This document shows positions 11,671 through 25,250 of a DNA stretch of 64,000 nucleotides, one piece after another. The stretch comes from Octopus bimaculoides (taxonomy: Eukaryota), in NCBI RefSeq assembly GCF_001194135.2, contig NC_069005.1, positions 21,429,013-21,493,012 on the forward strand, written 5' to 3'. The position numbers and the translations under genes were made by a program. Within the stretch, counting starts at the first letter, position 1. Every line of letters starts with the position of its first letter. A model generated the notes under the pieces. That model searched no databases. It saw only the letters and a list, made by a program, of their open reading frames with translations, and was not told the DNA's origin.

Positions 11671-13289
11671 ATCTAGGTGATGGATTAGTTTTATTATTCA
11701 AAAACAAGCCCAGGCCACAAGCCATTTGATAGGTTGTTGTGCAGCTTTTGTCTATCCAGTTTCATTCACAAAGCTTAGGCTGACCTATGCTTATGGTAGA
11801 AGACATTGCTTTAAGGTACCATGCAATGAGATTGATCCTGGAGCCATACAACTGCAAAGGAAACTTCTTAGCCATGTAACCACACCTGCACCTAACCACA
11901 CTGCCATATTTACACACATTACTACACAGCCACGTCTTCACCTAACCACATAGCCATGCCTGTTGTACTTTATATTCATGACTGACTTGTTAAAGACAAA
12001 GTCAATCCTTGTAGGATTTGAACTCACAATTATGGGACATGTAAACTCACTGTATAACTCACCTCCATGTCTAACATTCACACCCACTCGGCTGTTTTTC
12101 AATGCTTGCATGTCTTCTCTTCTGTGAATTTCAGCAGATGCCTGACAAGCCAGTTTCTGTGGTTTTCTTCTACTATGATTAGCTTTCTGTCTACTATGAT
12201 TATCTTACTTCGTTCATTATACCCCTTCTTCCTATTTCAGTTTTACTGTTTTTACATTTCATTTTTCTAAGCTTGTTTGGGGGTAGAGATGTGATTTGTT
12301 TTGTTTTTGCTTTTTGTTGTTTTTTTTTTTGTTTTATTTTGGAACAACAAGATACAAGTGTCTTGTACTATAGCCTCGAGCTGACTAAAGCCTTGTGAGT
12401 AGATTTGGGAGACAGAAATGAAAGAAACCCACGATGTGTGTGTGTTTGTGTATGTTCTCCACCACCACTTGGAAACCAGTGTTGGTGTGTTTATGTCCCT
12501 GTAACTTAGCAGTTTGGCAAAAGAAACCAATAGAATAAGTACCAGGCTTTAAAAAAAAAAACAGAATACTTGGGTCAATTCAGTCAAATAAAAAAATTTC
12601 TTCAAGCTGGTGCGCCTACATGGTCACAATCAAATGACTGAAACAAGTAAAATATAAAACTCTCTTGTGGATGAAAACAAAGTTGACCTCAACAAGATTT
12701 GAACTCAGAGTTCAGAGAACCATAACAAATATGCTTTCTAACAACTCTGTCAAACCACGTCTTTAGTACATTCTATACAGGTAGATATAGGCTGATATGT
12801 GTATCAACATATTAACCAAAAGAGACAGTGGTTTGTGTAGTGTTTCCAGTGTTGTGCTTTGTGCATAGCAAAAAGAGAGCTATGTCATAATGGCCAGTAC
12901 ATCATCACCATCATCATAATTTATCACCTGTTTTCCATGCTGGCATGAGTTAGACGATTTGACTGAAACTGGTAAGCTGGAGAGATGCACCAAGCTCCAG
13001 TCTGTTTTGGCTTGGTTTCTACAGTTGAATGTCTTTCCTAACGCCAACCACTCCATAGAGTATACTGGGTATCTTTTATGTGTCATTAGCACATGTGCCA
13101 TTTATGTGTCACTAGCACATGTGCCATTTATGTGTCACCAGTATGGGTGCTTTTTGCACGTCAGTAGCAGAGCGCCTTTTGCGTGTCACCAGCACAGGTG
13201 CCTTTTGCTTCTCATTAACTGTTATAATGTGAATCCTGGTCCACTTGTATGTTGTTGTCGGCACTGTAATATCCTTGTCGCCACTAATA

Positions 13290-13492
13290 TGTTGTGGCGG
13301 TATTCTGCATCTTATTATCTTTGACTCGTCTATTCTGCTATTGCTGACGGCTCTGTAAGACAACTTTGAAACGTCTACCTTGACAGGAACTCGAACTTGT
13401 ATATATCACGTAACTGACACTAACTCCAACTGAGAACTCGTACAAGGACTCTACTACTACTGACCTCTACAACAACTGACTGTCTGATTTTA
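13290..13492 (-). mobile_element. Probable solo LTR (Gypsy-like)
   Basis: 203 bp bounded by TGTTGT...ACAACA; TATA-like cactataaaa on the - strand; inserted in a degenerate SINE. No clean TSD. Confidence 0.45.
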
Positions 13493-13589
13493 TAGTGGCT
13501 GGTTCATACCACTTTGTCGTGTGGGAAGGGGAGTACCATTTTCACTACAACATTAACACAGATACCTTTTACATGTCACCAGCACAGAT

Positions 13590-13820
13590 GCCTTTCATGT
13601 GCACTGACTCATGACTGATTTCACTTAGCTTGACATGTCTTCTCAAGCACAGCAAATTGCCAAAAGTATCAACCAGTTGTCATTTTCTCCATGATACTCA
13701 ACATCCAAAGACCATATTTCACCACCTCATCCCACATCTTCCTGGGTCTACCTCTTCTACGGGTCCTCTCTGCAGTTAGAGATTGGCACTTCTTTACGCA
13801 GCTGTTCTCATCCATACATG
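13590..13820 (-). mobile_element. RTE-type LINE 3' fragment
   Basis: Reverse complement of the same GRPRKTW..DL region seen at 27720-28100. Confidence 0.6.
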
Positions 13821-16604
13821 TTCATGTTGGGATACACTGTACTCACTTCAGAAGCATTCTATAATGGATAAGTAGCTCAGTAACTTGAAGCTTTTCCGTA
13901 ACTTGACATTCCTATTCAGAATGGCTGGATGGTCACACCCTGCACATCTCACTTTCTACACTTTAAATTTTCAAAGGTTTATTTATCTAAAAACCTGATG
14001 TAAAGTAAAAGGGGAAAAAAATTGTTTGTAATTTGATTATGATTCAATCGATACTCCAGCTCCATCGCCAACTGGCTAAAACTGTAGGCATTCTCATAAA
14101 TTGAAACAATTGTTTGCCTTTTTATATTTATTGTTTTTCCTTCTATGTACCGACATACATATACAGCAATTCAATAAGCATGCTGTTTTGTTGACTTCAT
14201 CTTCACTTAATGGATTCAGCCTATCCCTTTTTCTTGTTGAAAAGGAAAAAAATCTTCATGAATATTAAAAAGAGTATAATTCATTTTCCAATGACATCAC
14301 CAACAAAGAGAGAGAAAGAAAGAGAGAGAGAGAGTGTGTGTGTGTGTGTGTGTGTGAATACATGTTTCTCTTTCAATTAACCTACATTTATGATTCTTAT
14401 GTGAGAAGAATAAATATACATTATATAAGAAATATTAATGTAAGAGCAACAAACAGTTTCTGTTGTTATACATAAGTATTATGAATTCAATTGAAGCTGT
14501 TGTTAGATGGAAGGACAATAAGGACAATGTATTCAACCCCCCTCCCTCCAAGCAGGGCAAATCTCCTGAAATATATACCATATGCACTGCATATTAGAGT
14601 TAATGTTTGCAAAACTGTGTTTAACATCACGTTTATATATGATGGTCTGATTGTCACCTGTATGCAAACAGAATCAATTGGTGTAATACTCATCTCAAAT
14701 TAAATTTCTTATATTTTAATTAACTGATAATTTCTCTTTGGGAAGATGTCTCTCAGTGCAATTTGTATTCTAAACAGACTCTTTGGTAATTATTTTATAA
14801 AGTGCAATATGTGACAAGCTCGCCATCATCACTATCATCATCATCACCATTACCACTACCACCATTATCATCATCATCATCATCGTCATTGTCAGTGTTT
14901 GATGTCCACTCTTCCATGCCTGCATGAGTTAGACAGAATTCATTGAGGCAGATTTTCTACAGCCAGTTAGTTATCCTTTCTGTCAGCAACTCTCACCTCT
15001 TTCAGGCAAGGTAATAATCTCCCCATGGCCACACATGTTTATCATGGAAGACTGGAAACAAACGACATCACCTGTATGTCGGCAACATTTGTTTACAATC
15101 ATCATGTGATGTCAAAGCGAGAATACACACAAACACAGACACTTTCTCACACACACACACACACACACATACTCTCACACACATGCACATATACACACAC
15201 AGATATATATGACAGGCTTCTTCAAGTTCCCATCTACCGAACCCACCCACAAGGCTTTGGTTAGTTAGAATGAGGGTTTGTTATAGTAGAACTCACTTGC
15301 CCAAGGTACCACCATGAGATTGAACCTGAGACCCCATGGTTTGGAAGCAAGCTTCTTAACCACACAACCACACCTGTTCCTATGTACATACATATTAGAT
15401 ACAGATTAAAACAGAAATGAAAAGGAAAACTCCTCATGACTTTTATATATATTATTAGATACTATTTAACATCTACAAAAATATGTAAGCATTGCATATT
15501 TAAATGCATGCATACAACACGCATTAGAGGGAAACATCAGTATCAAGAGCAACCTACTCTGCTTTGGATGTTCTCTCTTCTGCTAATTCTCTCCCAAGTC
15601 AAAAATGAAGCATACAAGTGCGATGCCATCCTAGAAACTTAGTGAGCTGCACCTCCAAATGTACGTTGATTCCAACTGTGACAACCTATCTAACCCATGC
15701 CAGCATGGAAAGCTGACATAAAATAGTGATGGAGATGACAAAGACATCTTGGGCAAATGTCTTCTACTAAAGTTCCAGATTAACCAAAGCCTTGTGAGAG
15801 GACTTAATACACAGAAACTGAAAGAAGCCTATCGTATATATGTATGTGTGTGTGTGTGTGTGTTACTGTCACCTTGCCTTGATTTCATGTGACAGTTGTA
15901 AATGAATGCCACCATCGTGCGAATGGTGTTCTTCCTTTCCAATCTTCTGTGAAAACATGTTTGGTTATGAGGAATATTGCCTTATTTGGAAACAGATGGG
16001 GGTTGGCAACAGGAAGCAGTAAGATGACAGAATCGTTGATACGCCAAGCGAAATGCTCAGCGACATTTCATTTGTCTTCATGTTCTGGTTGCCCTTCCGT
16101 GCAAGCATGAAGAAGTGGAGGTTAAAATGGTGATGACGGTGATGATGATGATGATGATGATGATGAGATAGCATAGGCCTTTGTGCAGTTGCCATCAACC
16201 AGCTACACTCATAAGGTATAGTCTGGAAATTTAAGTAGAAGACACTTGCCTTTGGCGGTACACAGCTGGAAGAAACCCAAACCCATGTGGTTTCAAAGTG
16301 AACTTTTTTAACCATGCAGCCATACCTGAACTTCAATGTCTGTTTAGAAAGAAAGAAAGAAAGATAAATAGACAGATAGATGATTAGATAGTGGGGGAGA
16401 TAGAGTGAAAGATGTGAATATTCTGGCAGTTAAGTGCTTGTAAAGTATACTGAACTTTACAGATAGAAATTTAAACACTAACAGATGTTGCAGCAAATTA
16501 TTTGACACTGCTACCTTCTCTGATAAAGAAAGATGACCTGATTTGTCAGTGGCCATTGTTGTTGTTGTTGCTGTTGCTGTTGTTGTTATTATTATTATTA
16601 TTAA

Positions 16605-16817
16605 GAAGGCAGCAAGCTGGCAAAATCGTTAGCATGATGGACAAAACACTTAGCAGTATTTCACCTGTTGCTACATTCTGAATTCAAATTCCACCGAGGT
16701 CGACTTTGCTTTTTATCCTTTTGGGGTTCATAAAATAAATACCAGTGTAACACTGGGGTCAATATAATCGACTCATTCCCTCCCCGTAATTGCTGCCCTT
16801 GTGGCAAAATTTGAAAC

Positions 16818-16872
<55 letters not shown>

Positions 16873-17075
16873 ATTATTAAGGCAGTGAGCTGGTAGAATT
16901 GTTAGTACACCAGATGAAATGGCTTATCAATATTTCGTCTGCCTTGACATTCTGAGTTCAAATTCCTCCGAGGTCGACTTTACCTTTTATCCTTTTAGGG
17001 TCAATGAAATAAATACCATTTGAGCACTGAGGGGTCACTGTAATTAACTAGCCTATTTCAGGCCTTGTGCTTATT
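16605..17075 (+). mobile_element. Two tandem family-B SINEs separated by (ATT)n
   Basis: aaggcagcaagctggc heads at about 16605 and 16880; (ATT)n at 16820-16872. Confidence 0.75.
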
Positions 17076-17359
17076 TATAGAAAAAAAAATGATTATTTAT
17101 AATAATAATAATTAGCATTACTTTTAATAATTATCAACGTGATTATCATCATCATGAGTGGTCGTCTAGTTTAGTGTTTGTTTCTCTAATGTTTATATAA
17201 ACTTCCATAGTTTGTGCTACTTGATCTACATATGTTGCTACACTTGTTTTGACTATACAAAAGTGTGCCAACAACATGTGTTACCATGCTTTGTGCAGGT
17301 GAGTGCAGTTAGCATGCGGGGGTGGGGATTCACACTGCTCACGTATGCATGTGTGTCTG

Positions 17360-17385
17360 TGGAGATATATATATATATATATGTA

Positions 17386-17446
<61 letters not shown>

Positions 17447-18072
17447 NNNNNNNNNNNNNNNNNNNNNNNNNNNNNNNNNNNNNNNNNNNNNNNNNNNNNN
17501 NNNNNNNNNNNNNNNNNNNNNNNNNNNNNNNNNNNNNNNNNNNNNNNNNNNNNNNNNNNNNNNNNNNNNNNNNNNNNNNNNNNNNNNNNNNNNNNNNNNN
17601 NNNNNNNNNNNNNNNNNNNNNNNNNNNNNNNNNNNNNNNNNNNNNNNNNNNNNNNNNNNNNNNNNNNNNNNNNNNNNNNNNNNNNNNNNNNNNNNNNNNN
17701 NNNNNNNNNNNNNNNNNNNNNNNNNNNNNNNNNNNNNNNNNNNNNNNNNNNNNNNNNNNNNNNNNNNNNNNNNNNNNNNNNNNNNNNNNNNNNNNNNNNN
17801 NNNNNNNNNNNNNNNNNNNNNNNNNNNNNNNNNNNNNNNNNNNNNNNNNNNNNNNNNNNNNNNNNNNNNNNNNNNNNNNNNNNNNNNNNNNNNNNNNNNN
17901 NNNNNNNNNNNNNNNNNNNNNNNNNNNNNNNNNNNNNNNNNNNNNNNNNNNNNNNNNNNNNNNNNNNNNNNNNNNNNNNNNNNNNNNNNNNNNNNNNNNN
18001 NNNNNNNNNNNNNNNNNNNNNNNNNNNNNNNNNNNNNNNNNNNNNNNNNNNNNNNNNNNNNNNNNNNNNNNN
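17360..18072. other. (TA)n microsatellite running into an assembly gap
   Basis: N run at 17447-18072. Other gaps: 19063-19902, 20542-21142, 22747-23355, 32498-33028, 42938-42980, 44939-45235, 57872-58172. Confidence 0.95.
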
Positions 18073-18231
18073 TAATGAGGGTAGAAATTGATATTAATCA
18101 ATTAAAGCCAATGGTCTAGCATGTTGTGTCGCTAAATTTTTTACTGAGAACATATCTTTTCGTGGTTAGATGATTCGGCATCTATTTCTAGCATATAGGA
18201 GTCCACATTTGCTGGTCATTCCTCTTATTTT

Positions 18232-18269
<38 letters not shown>

Positions 18270-18913
18270 TATGTATATGTGTGTGTATGGATACATAGCC
18301 ATCACATTGTAAGTAAGTATGTATCTAAATTCTGTACAACTTTCTTACTCTTTCTTTTAGTCCCCCTCATACTTGTCTCTTTCTTTCCTCTTTTCTTTTT
18401 CTTGCTCCCCCTCTCTCACATTTCTTGGCTTTCTCTTTCTATAATCTACCTATTTCTCCTCGTTTATCTCCCTTCTACCTTCTCTATGTCCCTTTCATCC
18501 TCTCTCTTTCTCATTCTCCCTCTAATTCTTCTATCCCTCTGCCTCCTACCTCTCCCCTTTCCTTCCACATGACCGGTGTCCAGCCAAGCATGATCTTCCT
18601 TCCTTGGCCTGACTGTAATTGAGTAACATTTTCACCGTTTTTTTTTGTTTTGTTTTTGTTTTTTGTCTTTGTAGTCATACACATTCGTTTGCTTTCTCCC
18701 AAAATATTTAATGCTTTTAGCTTAGATTTTTGGGACCAGCCAGATTTGAACAGTCTCAAGTGTAACAAGCCGAAACTGTAAGGATTTGGAAACTTGACTG
18801 ACAAGAGAAAACTGCTAATGGCCCGTTCTTGTTTTTTCCTGTTCATCTTTGTATCATCTATCTGTCCGGAGGTTGTTTTTTTTCGTCTGTTGCGTTCTTG
18901 TTCCATCTTTTGG

Positions 18914-18952
<39 letters not shown>

Positions 18953-21142
18953 GCCGGAGTAAGCACATAAAATGTGCAACAAGGTGGAAAAAAGAGTACT
19001 CAAATACCAGAGGTAGAGTAATATGCTTTATTTAAAAGCAGCAGAAATAAAGTATATATAATNNNNNNNNNNNNNNNNNNNNNNNNNNNNNNNNNNNNNN
19101 NNNNNNNNNNNNNNNNNNNNNNNNNNNNNNNNNNNNNNNNNNNNNNNNNNNNNNNNNNNNNNNNNNNNNNNNNNNNNNNNNNNNNNNNNNNNNNNNNNNN
19201 NNNNNNNNNNNNNNNNNNNNNNNNNNNNNNNNNNNNNNNNNNNNNNNNNNNNNNNNNNNNNNNNNNNNNNNNNNNNNNNNNNNNNNNNNNNNNNNNNNNN
19301 NNNNNNNNNNNNNNNNNNNNNNNNNNNNNNNNNNNNNNNNNNNNNNNNNNNNNNNNNNNNNNNNNNNNNNNNNNNNNNNNNNNNNNNNNNNNNNNNNNNN
19401 NNNNNNNNNNNNNNNNNNNNNNNNNNNNNNNNNNNNNNNNNNNNNNNNNNNNNNNNNNNNNNNNNNNNNNNNNNNNNNNNNNNNNNNNNNNNNNNNNNNN
19501 NNNNNNNNNNNNNNNNNNNNNNNNNNNNNNNNNNNNNNNNNNNNNNNNNNNNNNNNNNNNNNNNNNNNNNNNNNNNNNNNNNNNNNNNNNNNNNNNNNNN
19601 NNNNNNNNNNNNNNNNNNNNNNNNNNNNNNNNNNNNNNNNNNNNNNNNNNNNNNNNNNNNNNNNNNNNNNNNNNNNNNNNNNNNNNNNNNNNNNNNNNNN
19701 NNNNNNNNNNNNNNNNNNNNNNNNNNNNNNNNNNNNNNNNNNNNNNNNNNNNNNNNNNNNNNNNNNNNNNNNNNNNNNNNNNNNNNNNNNNNNNNNNNNN
19801 NNNNNNNNNNNNNNNNNNNNNNNNNNNNNNNNNNNNNNNNNNNNNNNNNNNNNNNNNNNNNNNNNNNNNNNNNNNNNNNNNNNNNNNNNNNNNNNNNNNN
19901 NNAAACGTGAATAAACAAACGAAGTTTGCTTTTAGAAGCGTTGAGATGTCTTAGAAAGTTAAAAAAGTGATTTTTTAAATTCTCAATCGCAGAATAATGC
20001 TAATAATATAGCCTGAACAGGATAAACTACCCCTATTTTGCAGAGAAAAGTGTAGGTGGCTAGCTGTGGACACGAACTCACATCCCCGTGATTACACGTG
20101 ACGATGCTTTGACTGATTAAGCTAAACTACCCACTACAAATTCCTCTGCAAATTTAAGTTATATAAATCTCGCTATATGAGACGCTCTCATATGTTAAAT
20201 TCATGTATATATATGTATATATATATTTGTTTTGCAAGATTTTTGATGTGAAATCGTGTGTTGAAACAGATGTTTACGTTAACAAAATTTAATTAAACAC
20301 AAAAAAAAAACAAAAAAAACCCCCACACACACACACATGATCAAATAAATAAATAAAAACAAATATAAACGAACACGTATTAACAGAGTATATAGGTGAT
20401 ACAGACACTCCCCATACACATATGCACTTACAAAAGACACAGACACATTGAAAGACACGCATGCGTAGACACATACAATAGGAATACAAAATGGCTGATA
20501 TTTAGCAAGGTGAGACACACATAAGAAAGAAGGAAACAATGNNNNNNNNNNNNNNNNNNNNNNNNNNNNNNNNNNNNNNNNNNNNNNNNNNNNNNNNNNN
20601 NNNNNNNNNNNNNNNNNNNNNNNNNNNNNNNNNNNNNNNNNNNNNNNNNNNNNNNNNNNNNNNNNNNNNNNNNNNNNNNNNNNNNNNNNNNNNNNNNNNN
20701 NNNNNNNNNNNNNNNNNNNNNNNNNNNNNNNNNNNNNNNNNNNNNNNNNNNNNNNNNNNNNNNNNNNNNNNNNNNNNNNNNNNNNNNNNNNNNNNNNNNN
20801 NNNNNNNNNNNNNNNNNNNNNNNNNNNNNNNNNNNNNNNNNNNNNNNNNNNNNNNNNNNNNNNNNNNNNNNNNNNNNNNNNNNNNNNNNNNNNNNNNNNN
20901 NNNNNNNNNNNNNNNNNNNNNNNNNNNNNNNNNNNNNNNNNNNNNNNNNNNNNNNNNNNNNNNNNNNNNNNNNNNNNNNNNNNNNNNNNNNNNNNNNNNN
21001 NNNNNNNNNNNNNNNNNNNNNNNNNNNNNNNNNNNNNNNNNNNNNNNNNNNNNNNNNNNNNNNNNNNNNNNNNNNNNNNNNNNNNNNNNNNNNNNNNNNN
21101 NNNNNNNNNNNNNNNNNNNNNNNNNNNNNNNNNNNNNNNNNN

Positions 21143-21484
21143 TGATCCGATCAACGGAACAGCCCGCCTGTGAAATTAACGTGCAAGTCACTGAGCACTC
21201 CACAGCCATGTGTACCCTTAATGTAGTTCTCGGGAATATTCAGCGTGACACAGTGTGACAAGGCTGACCCTTTGAATTACAGGTAGAACAGAAACAGGAA
21301 GTAAGAGTGAGAGAAAGTTGTGGTGGAAGAGTACAGTAGGGTTCGCCACCATCCCCTGCCGGAGCCTTGTGGAGCTTTAGGTGTTTTCGCTCAATAAACA
21401 CTCACAACACCCGGTCTGGGAATCGAAACTGCGATCCTATGACCGCGAGTCTGCTGCCCTAACCACTGGGCCATTGCGCCTCCA
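21143..21484 (-). mobile_element. Family-C SINE, 3' end lost in a gap
   Basis: Reverse complement of 10733-11116. Confidence 0.85.
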
Positions 21485-22436
21485 CACCATCTTAAAATAA
21501 TAGACACATTGAGCAATGTAGTCCTAGAAACACTATGTCTGGTAAGAAAATAGGATGGTCACAACTAAACTATCTTTGATGATAGGTCTGCTGGAGCAGT
21601 GCTAACCCAGGGCTAAACTGCAGCAACTGTTACATCAATACAGGATTTGTATCTGTCCAAAAGTACAGCTGAACTCTCCTTTAGATCCATCAAATAATTT
21701 TCAATTTCCCTTGTTGGAAACATTGCTTAGAATTGCAATTTTCAGGACAGTATTGAAAGATAATAGCAGTAAATATTTTATAACTGTCGCAAGGAGCTTT
21801 ACAGTTTATCTAACAATCCAATTATGACATTTTTAATTTTATAAATCTTACCAACTTTATTGATCCAATAATATCAGCTTTTCAAAGTCTGTTTGTTTCA
21901 AACAGCAATAGTCTCAGATACCAAATTTAGTAGTTTGCTTAAAAACAAAAACAACAACAACAACAACAAACAGTGGAATGTAAACAAGTTAGTCAAGTAG
22001 TTTAACCACTTCTTTTCTGTTAATCTCTCACCACTGTGTATGTATGTTTTTATATCTCTGTCTGAAGTTGGTGTATATCTCTTCTTTATACTCTTATCTT
22101 TTTCTCATTATTTTTTCTTCGTTTATGGATTGGTTTGAGATATTATCATGAAGCATAAAGGCTGATAATATAAAGTACAAGACTGATAATATCTCCAGAC
22201 ACAAACCATCAGTATACTGTTGAGGTGGGTGGGATGTGTGCCAAATATTCCTCCATTCCTTATTCAAAACCAAAATTCAAAATTGATTAACTTTTTCAAA
22301 TTACTGATAAAAGTAACAAACACATATTTGTTGTCTTATTCCCCCTTTTGATACCAACATGCCTGGGACTGCTCCTTGTTCTATGACATAAACTTCCTAT
22401 AATTAACCCTTTTGATACTGCCACTGGTTGTATACT

Positions 22437-22648
22437 CTTTACTCTTTTATTCGTTTCAGTCATTTGACTGTGGCTATGCTGGAGCACCGCCTTTAGTCGA
22501 GCAAATCGACCCCAGGACTTATTCTTTGTAAGCCTAGTACTTATTCTATCGGTCCATTTTGTCGAACTGCTAAGTGACGGGGACATAAACACACCAGCAT
22601 CGGTTGTCAAGCAATGCTAGGGGGACAAACAGAGACACACAAACATAT

Positions 22649-22691
<43 letters not shown>

Positions 22692-22746
22692 TACGACGGG
22701 CCTCTTTCAGTTTCCGTCTACCAAATCCACTCACAAGGCTTTGGTC
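22437..22746 (-). mobile_element. Family-A SINE, 5' end lost in a gap
   Basis: Matches 7284-7684. Confidence 0.85.
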
Positions 22747-23365
22747 NNNNNNNNNNNNNNNNNNNNNNNNNNNNNNNNNNNNNNNNNNNNNNNNNNNNNN
22801 NNNNNNNNNNNNNNNNNNNNNNNNNNNNNNNNNNNNNNNNNNNNNNNNNNNNNNNNNNNNNNNNNNNNNNNNNNNNNNNNNNNNNNNNNNNNNNNNNNNN
22901 NNNNNNNNNNNNNNNNNNNNNNNNNNNNNNNNNNNNNNNNNNNNNNNNNNNNNNNNNNNNNNNNNNNNNNNNNNNNNNNNNNNNNNNNNNNNNNNNNNNN
23001 NNNNNNNNNNNNNNNNNNNNNNNNNNNNNNNNNNNNNNNNNNNNNNNNNNNNNNNNNNNNNNNNNNNNNNNNNNNNNNNNNNNNNNNNNNNNNNNNNNNN
23101 NNNNNNNNNNNNNNNNNNNNNNNNNNNNNNNNNNNNNNNNNNNNNNNNNNNNNNNNNNNNNNNNNNNNNNNNNNNNNNNNNNNNNNNNNNNNNNNNNNNN
23201 NNNNNNNNNNNNNNNNNNNNNNNNNNNNNNNNNNNNNNNNNNNNNNNNNNNNNNNNNNNNNNNNNNNNNNNNNNNNNNNNNNNNNNNNNNNNNNNNNNNN
23301 NNNNNNNNNNNNNNNNNNNNNNNNNNNNNNNNNNNNNNNNNNNNNNNNNNNNNNNTAATAATAAT

Positions 23366-23744
23366 AACAAGAGCACTCAGAGAGTGCAAACCTCCACCAA
23401 GGCAACACCAACGTCCTCTCAACGATTAGCCAGAGATGATTTTTAAAATGAGAATATCTGAAATAAACTCGACTACTCTCACAAACGAGAAAACTAAAAA
23501 TGAACCCGACTGGTCTGGAAAATTAAGTAAAAAAAAACAGGAAAAATGATCCAGAATCCTTGTCCGGTACCAGATCGATCCCAAAATCTAATCAGTTCAT
23601 GCCAGTCACAGGGCCAAACATCCCTGAAAGTTTCATCCGAATCCATCCAGTGGTTCTTGAGATATCTTGTCCACGGACAAGCAAACAAACAAACAAACAC
23701 GACTGAAAATAATACCTCCACCTTAGCAAAGGCGGAGGTCATAA
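23366..23744 (+). mobile_element. Helentron/DINE-1-like non-autonomous element
   Basis: 5' subterminal acctccaccaagg, an (AAAC)n tract, and a 3' hairpin acctccacctt-agca-aaggcggaggt. Confidence 0.6.
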
Positions 23745-24955
23745 TTGTTTCTCTTGCAGGTAGTAAGCAAGAAATTTTGCAGTGAAGAGATTGGTCAGTT
23801 GTGCTTGACTGCATTACTTGATTGGTATTTTATTTTATTGATCTTAAAAAAATGAAAGTCAAAGTTAGTGTTGGTGGGATTTGAACTTAGAATGTAAAGA
23901 GTTGGAACAAATATTCCTTTCTACTATAGGCACAAGGCCTGGATTTTTGTGGGGAAGGGAACAATCAATCACATCGACCCCAGTACTTGACGGTACTTTA
24001 TCAACTCCACCCATTTGAAAGGCAAAGTTAACCTCGGCGGAATTTGACCTCAGAACTTAGTAACAGACAAAATATTGTTAAGCACTTTACCCAGCACGCT
24101 AACGATTTTGCCAACCCTCTATCCTTACTATAAATGATTTTGCTTAACACTCATTGATTCTGCCAGTTTAAATAATTATTTCTGACATAGGAAGAAGGTC
24201 ACAGATGTGTAGAGAGAGGGTTGGTTGGTTTAATCATTTATCTTATTGACTCTTGGAGAAATGAAAGGGAAAATCACTCCAGTGGGTCTTCAATAAAATT
24301 TTGTTCATCCTTTTATAATTCTGCTGCCCTGTTATATTCTTTTCTCATTCACCAGTGATGTAAATGTATTGAGAAAGTAAGCCAGTGCTAGAAATAACAG
24401 CCAAATCAACCTCAAATTACATCCTAATATCTTGAAAACGGAAGGGGTCAAATACACTAAGTTTGAACAAAAGACAGGATGGTTGAGAATGGAATATCTT
24501 TGATCATAGTTCTGCTGGATCAAATCATAAGCTGACCTGGGGCTAAACAGCACTGGCAACAATATGAGTTAGAAACAAAAATGGCAGGATGGACAAAACC
24601 AAGCAACTGTTTCTGTGAACTCTCAGAAATGACCTACTTTCAGCAGTTTATTTTTTTTGTCTATAATACTAAATTGATGTAATTATTGTCCTTCCTAAAG
24701 GCATTAGCAGCATAAGTGATGAAAAACAGCTTCAATTTATTTCTATTGGAAGTTTTGAATTTGTGAGTCCAATTAGATTCTCATTTGAAGATAATACAAT
24801 TTACTTATACCATTAAAGCTCTTCAGCAAGGAATAAATATCTCACAACCTCATTTCATTGCCCTATAAAGATATAATAATGTATCGAAGTAAGAAATCAT
24901 TTTTATTTATTTTTAGTTACCATATATACTCATGTAAAAGTCGAATTCTTTAGAT

Positions 24956-25250
24956 CAGGGGTTTTCAAACTATGGTCCGCGGACCACAGGGGGTCCTCAA
25001 AGACAGGACAGGGGGTCCGTGGACAGCAAATACTTTTTATGGGCAATTTGATTTTATATGTTTTTTAATCGAAATCTTTTAATTGACAATAAACCTATTT
25101 GTTAAATACTGTTAAATAAATAAATGTAAAAATATATGTTATTTTAAGCAAATATTTATTTATATATTTCATAAGCGTTTATAAGGGGGTCCCTAAGGTA
25201 AAGCCTGGAATATAAAGGGGTCCGCAAGTCAAAAAGTTTGAAAACCCCTG
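24956..25250. mobile_element. hAT MITE
   Basis: 16-bp perfect TIR caggggttttcaaact / agtttgaaaacccctg; TSD ctttagat / ctttagac. Confidence 0.85.

Noticed and set aside
17212-23446. Long ORF-track entries of 200-300 aa
   Set aside because: They consist of X residues from N gaps and microsatellite translations; the same applies to the gap-spanning ORFs at 32.4, 44.9 and 57.8 kb.
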